In this document: positions 27,592-30,495 of the stretch, one piece after another
Layout: every line of letters begins with the position of its first letter
Position numbering within the stretch: position 1 is the first letter of the stretch
NCBI GenBank assembly: GCA_046861385.1
Contig: JBHHTW010000027.1
Coordinates: forward strand, 1 to 30,495
Reading direction: 5' to 3'
Length of the DNA: 30,495 nucleotides
From: Fidelibacterota bacterium
GTDB lineage: Bacteria; Fidelibacterota; Marinisomatia; Marinisomatales; TCS55
Translations under genes and position numbers: made by a program
The notes under the pieces: generated by a model
Told to the model about the DNA's origin: nothing
Seen by the model: the letters and a program-made list of their open reading frames with translations, nothing else
The model's database searches: none

Positions 27592-28776
27592 TCAATGGGC
27601 TCGGAAGTTTTCTCCCACTTTGATAAATGCGTCCACTGCTTTATCCAAATGAGCTGTATCCATTGAGGCAGAGATTTGCACCCGTATTCGGGCTTCTCCT
27701 TTTGGGACGACCGGAAAGAAAAATCCGATAACATAAATACCTTCATCCAGTAAATCGGATGCCATTTTTTGAGCGAGTTTAGCGTCATAAAGCATGACAG
27801 GTACAATGGGATGATCTCCTTCTTTTATTTTGAATCCGGCTTCGATCATTTTTTCCCTGAAATAAATGGTATTCTCTTCCAGTTTATCTCGGAGAGCGGT
27901 TGAAGCTGTCAATAATTCAAATGCTTTTACCCCGGCAGCCACAATGGAAGGTGCCAATGTGTTGGAAAATAAATAGGGTCTGGATCGCTGGCGAAGAAGG
28001 TCAATAATTTCCTGTCTTCCGGTTGTAAAACCTCCGGATGCGCCTCCAAGAGCTTTCCCCAAGGTGGAAGTCCAAACATCAATTTTATCCATGACATGAT
28101 GATACTCTGCCGAACCACGACCTGTTTGGCCAACAAATCCGGTAGCATGGGAATCGTCCACCATCACCATGGCATTATATTTTTCCGCCAGTGTTGTGAT
28201 TTCATCAAGTCTAGCGATATACCCATCCATGGAAAAAACGCCGTCTGTGGCAATTAAACGCAACCGCGCCCCCTGGGATTCTTTCAATTTTGTTTCGAGG
28301 TCATCCATGTCACTATTGGCATAACGATATCGTTGAGCCTTGCATAAACGAACACCATCAATAATTGAAGCATGATTCAGCGCATCCGAAATGATTGCAT
28401 CATCCGGGCCTAAAATTGTCTCAAATAAACCACCGTTTGCATCAAAGCATGAGGTGTAGAGAATGGTATCGTCGCTGCCAAAGAATTCAGATATTTTTTC
28501 CTCCAACTCTTTGTGAATGTCCTGGGTACCACAGATAAACCGCACTGAAGACATCCCGAATCCATATAAATCCAAGGCGGCTTTTGCCGCTGCTTTAATC
28601 TCCGGATGGTTAGCCAGTCCCAAATAATTATTGGCACAGAAGTTCAACACTTCACCGCCCTCTTTGGTCACAATTATAACGCCTTGGGGTGTCGTGATAG
28701 TACGCTCGTTTTTGTATAATCCCTCGGCTTCAATTTGGCTTAATGTGTCTTTATAAATTTGTTTAAAATTATTCAT
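27592..28776 (-). CDS. kbl: Glycine C-acetyltransferase (2-amino-3-ketobutyrate CoA ligase)
   Basis: '[10 protein letters not shown]', 'SVRFICGTQ', 'SCFDANGG', '[12 protein letters not shown]', '[11 protein letters not shown]'. Confidence 0.97.
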   Translation of the reverse strand: MNNFKQIYKDTLSQIEAEGLYKNERTITTPQGVIIVTKEGGEVLNFCANNYLGLANHPEIKAAAKAALDLYGFGMSSVRFICGTQDIHKELEEKISEFFGSDDTILYTSCFDANGGLFETILGPDDAIISDALNHASIIDGVRLCKAQRYRYANSDMDDLETKLKESQGARLRLIATDGVFSMDGYIARLDEITTLAEKYNAMVMVDDSHATGFVGQTGRGSAEYHHVMDKIDVWTSTLGKALGGASGGFTTGRQEIIDLLRQRSRPYLFSNTLAPSIVAAGVKAFELLTASTALRDKLEENTIYFREKMIEAGFKIKEGDHPIVPVMLYDAKLAQKMASDLLDEGIYVIGFFFPVVPKGEARIRVQISASMDTAHLDKAVDAFIKVGENFRAH

Positions 28777-28864
28777 GCTAATTTGGTTATGGGTGTGTCG
28801 TAACTGGTAATGGGTTCTTTAGATTGGTCAATCATCCGCACAGCCATTCATACCATCAACTATT

Positions 28865-29890
28865 TTATTCCCATTCTAAAATAATTTTTCCGCATTGTCC
28901 CGACTCTATAATATCAAAAGCTTCCTGGAACTGATCAGCAATAAACCGATGGGTGACGACGGGAGATACATCTAACCCCCCCCGGATGAGTTGAGTCATT
29001 TTATACCAGGTTTCAAACATTTCCCGTCCATAAATTCCTTTTAAATGAAGCCCCTTGAAAATGATTTCGTCCCAGTTGACGCGAGTATCGTTGGGGAGAA
29101 TTCCCAGTAAAGCAATTTTCCCACCGTGGTACATGGAACGGATCATATCCTGCAAGGCGGATGCGTTTCCGGACATTTCCAGCCCAATGTCAAATCCATT
29201 GGCTATTTTTAATTCAGCAAAACAATCTTCAATTTTCTCATGGCGGACATTAACGATCCGGTCTGCACCCATTTTTTTTGCCAGGTCTAACCGGTACTCA
29301 TTCACGTCACTGACGACCACGTTTCTGGCGCCGATTTGTTTACAAATGGCCGCCGCCATGCACCCGATGGGTCCCGCACCAGTAATGAGGACATCTTCTG
29401 CCACCATGGAGAAGGTTAATGCACAGTGGACTGCATTGCCTAATGGATCAAAAAAGGAAGCAATATCCAGACTGATCTCATGGTGAACCGGCCAGACATT
29501 TCCTTCGGGCAAAATCATATATTCTGCAAAAGCACCGTTACGGTGAATTCCGATTCCAACAGTTTTATTGCATAAATGACGCAATCCTGCCCGGCAGTTC
29601 CGACAATAACCGCAGGTAATATGTCCCTCGCCAGACACCATATCCCCTGGGCTGTAGTGCGTAACCCCCGGACCGACATCTTCCACTATTCCCGCAAATT
29701 CATGACCAATAGTCAAAGGTGGTGTCAGGGTGGATTGAGCCCATTCATCCCAGTGATAAATATGAAGATCCGTCCCGCAAATGGCTGTTTTGCTGATCTT
29801 TATTAAGACATCATTGGTTCCCGGTTCCGGTTTGGGCACATTTTCCAGCCAAAGGCCAGGTTCAGGTTTGGATTTGCAGATGGCTTTCAT
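28865..29890 (-). CDS. tdh: L-threonine 3-dehydrogenase
   Basis: Start MKAICK at 29890; '[13 protein letters not shown]', 'GHEF', 'CGYCRNC', 'GAGPIG', '[12 protein letters not shown]'; adjacent to kbl. Confidence 0.97.
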   Translation of the reverse strand: MKAICKSKPEPGLWLENVPKPEPGTNDVLIKISKTAICGTDLHIYHWDEWAQSTLTPPLTIGHEFAGIVEDVGPGVTHYSPGDMVSGEGHITCGYCRNCRAGLRHLCNKTVGIGIHRNGAFAEYMILPEGNVWPVHHEISLDIASFFDPLGNAVHCALTFSMVAEDVLITGAGPIGCMAAAICKQIGARNVVVSDVNEYRLDLAKKMGADRIVNVRHEKIEDCFAELKIANGFDIGLEMSGNASALQDMIRSMYHGGKIALLGILPNDTRVNWDEIIFKGLHLKGIYGREMFETWYKMTQLIRGGLDVSPVVTHRFIADQFQEAFDIIESGQCGKIILEWE

Positions 29891-30065
29891 AAAAAAATAA
29901 TGTTCATTCAGATGAGGGAATTTAGTGGAGAAAATTCGTAAAGCGTAATTATGTAAAACGTAAAGTATAATTAATTCAGAATATGACAAACACCATTTTT
30001 CAAATGAATGTTAAGATGGATAGAGTTAAAATTCAGTAGAGATTATTGAAATAACTGAGAGGATT

Positions 30066-30263
30066 ATGAGCACAGATCTAACATTTTTCACCAATGAGCC
30101 CGGTGCAGCATTAGTGGATCGCTTCAAAAACACCCTTCGGGCAGTGAATTTTTTTGATGTATTGGTTGGATATTTCCGTATTAGCGGTTTCTACAGACTT
30201 TCTGATAGTCTGGAAAATGTAGAGAAAATTTGCATTCAGCGGAGAATAATTCATGAATTTTGA
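30066..30263 (+). pseudogene. Truncated N-terminus of a PLD-domain/SNF2-like helicase
   Basis: 'TFFTNE..LVDRF..FFDVLVGYFRISGFYRL..LENVEKI' resembles the start of large PLD-helicase proteins; stops after 65 aa; GAGG SD. Confidence 0.6.
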
Positions 30264-30495
30264 TCATTTAGTTTCAATCATTGAGCAGACATCAATTGGT
30301 CTCAAACAACGAGCGCTGACATCTATTAACCAAGCACTTGTTATTCGCAATTGGCTCGTTGGAAATTATCTTGTGGAATATGAACAAAATGGCGAAGACC
30401 GGGCGAAATATGGAAAAAAACTACTTGAATCTATAGCCAGAGAATTAAAGAAAAAGAAAATGAAAGGTATGTCATTTACAAATTTGAAATTATTT
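30253..30495 (+). CDS. YhcG/DUF1016 N-terminal domain protein (PD-(D/E)xK nuclease family), partial
   Basis: Hand-translated MNFDHLVSIIEQT..INQALVIRNWLVGNYLVEYEQNGEDRAKYGKKLLESIA..GMSFTNLKLF; runs off the window end; GGAG SD. Confidence 0.85.
   Translation, partial: MNFDHLVSIIEQTSIGLKQRALTSINQALVIRNWLVGNYLVEYEQNGEDRAKYGKKLLESIARELKKKKMKGMSFTNLKLF

Overview
AT-rich bacterial chromosomal segment using genetic code 11 (several genes end in TGA). Gene content suggests a Gram-negative FCB-group organism, possibly Ca. Marinimicrobia (inference only). Left: a TetR gene, an MMPL/RND + LolA-like + outer-membrane barrel operon, a DUF5916-type barrel protein, an unannotated 39-aa membrane peptide behind a sigma54-like promoter, and a frameshifted GIN-domain gene. 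Centre: a tightly coupled + strand operon of YceI, a hidden UxxC selenoprotein (in-frame TGA plus SECIS-like hairpin), an Lgt-like protein, a flavoprotein oxidoreductase, a divergent ACC-deaminase/D-Cys-desulfhydrase-like protein and a Rieske-FMN glutamate synthase-like fusion. Next come tRNA-Arg(TCT), flanked by REP-like hairpins inserted into tRNA-like fragments, a small basic two-repeat protein, and a c-type cytochrome cluster with a Cyc2-like heme-porin fusion and an Omp85 protein. Right: housekeeping genes (plsY, DAK2-DegV, DUF502, ogt, EamA, secF, secD, kbl, tdh) and the start of a probable defence-island remnant (truncated helicase N-terminus, YhcG/DUF1016). Family calls come from motif recognition by eye; no searches were run.
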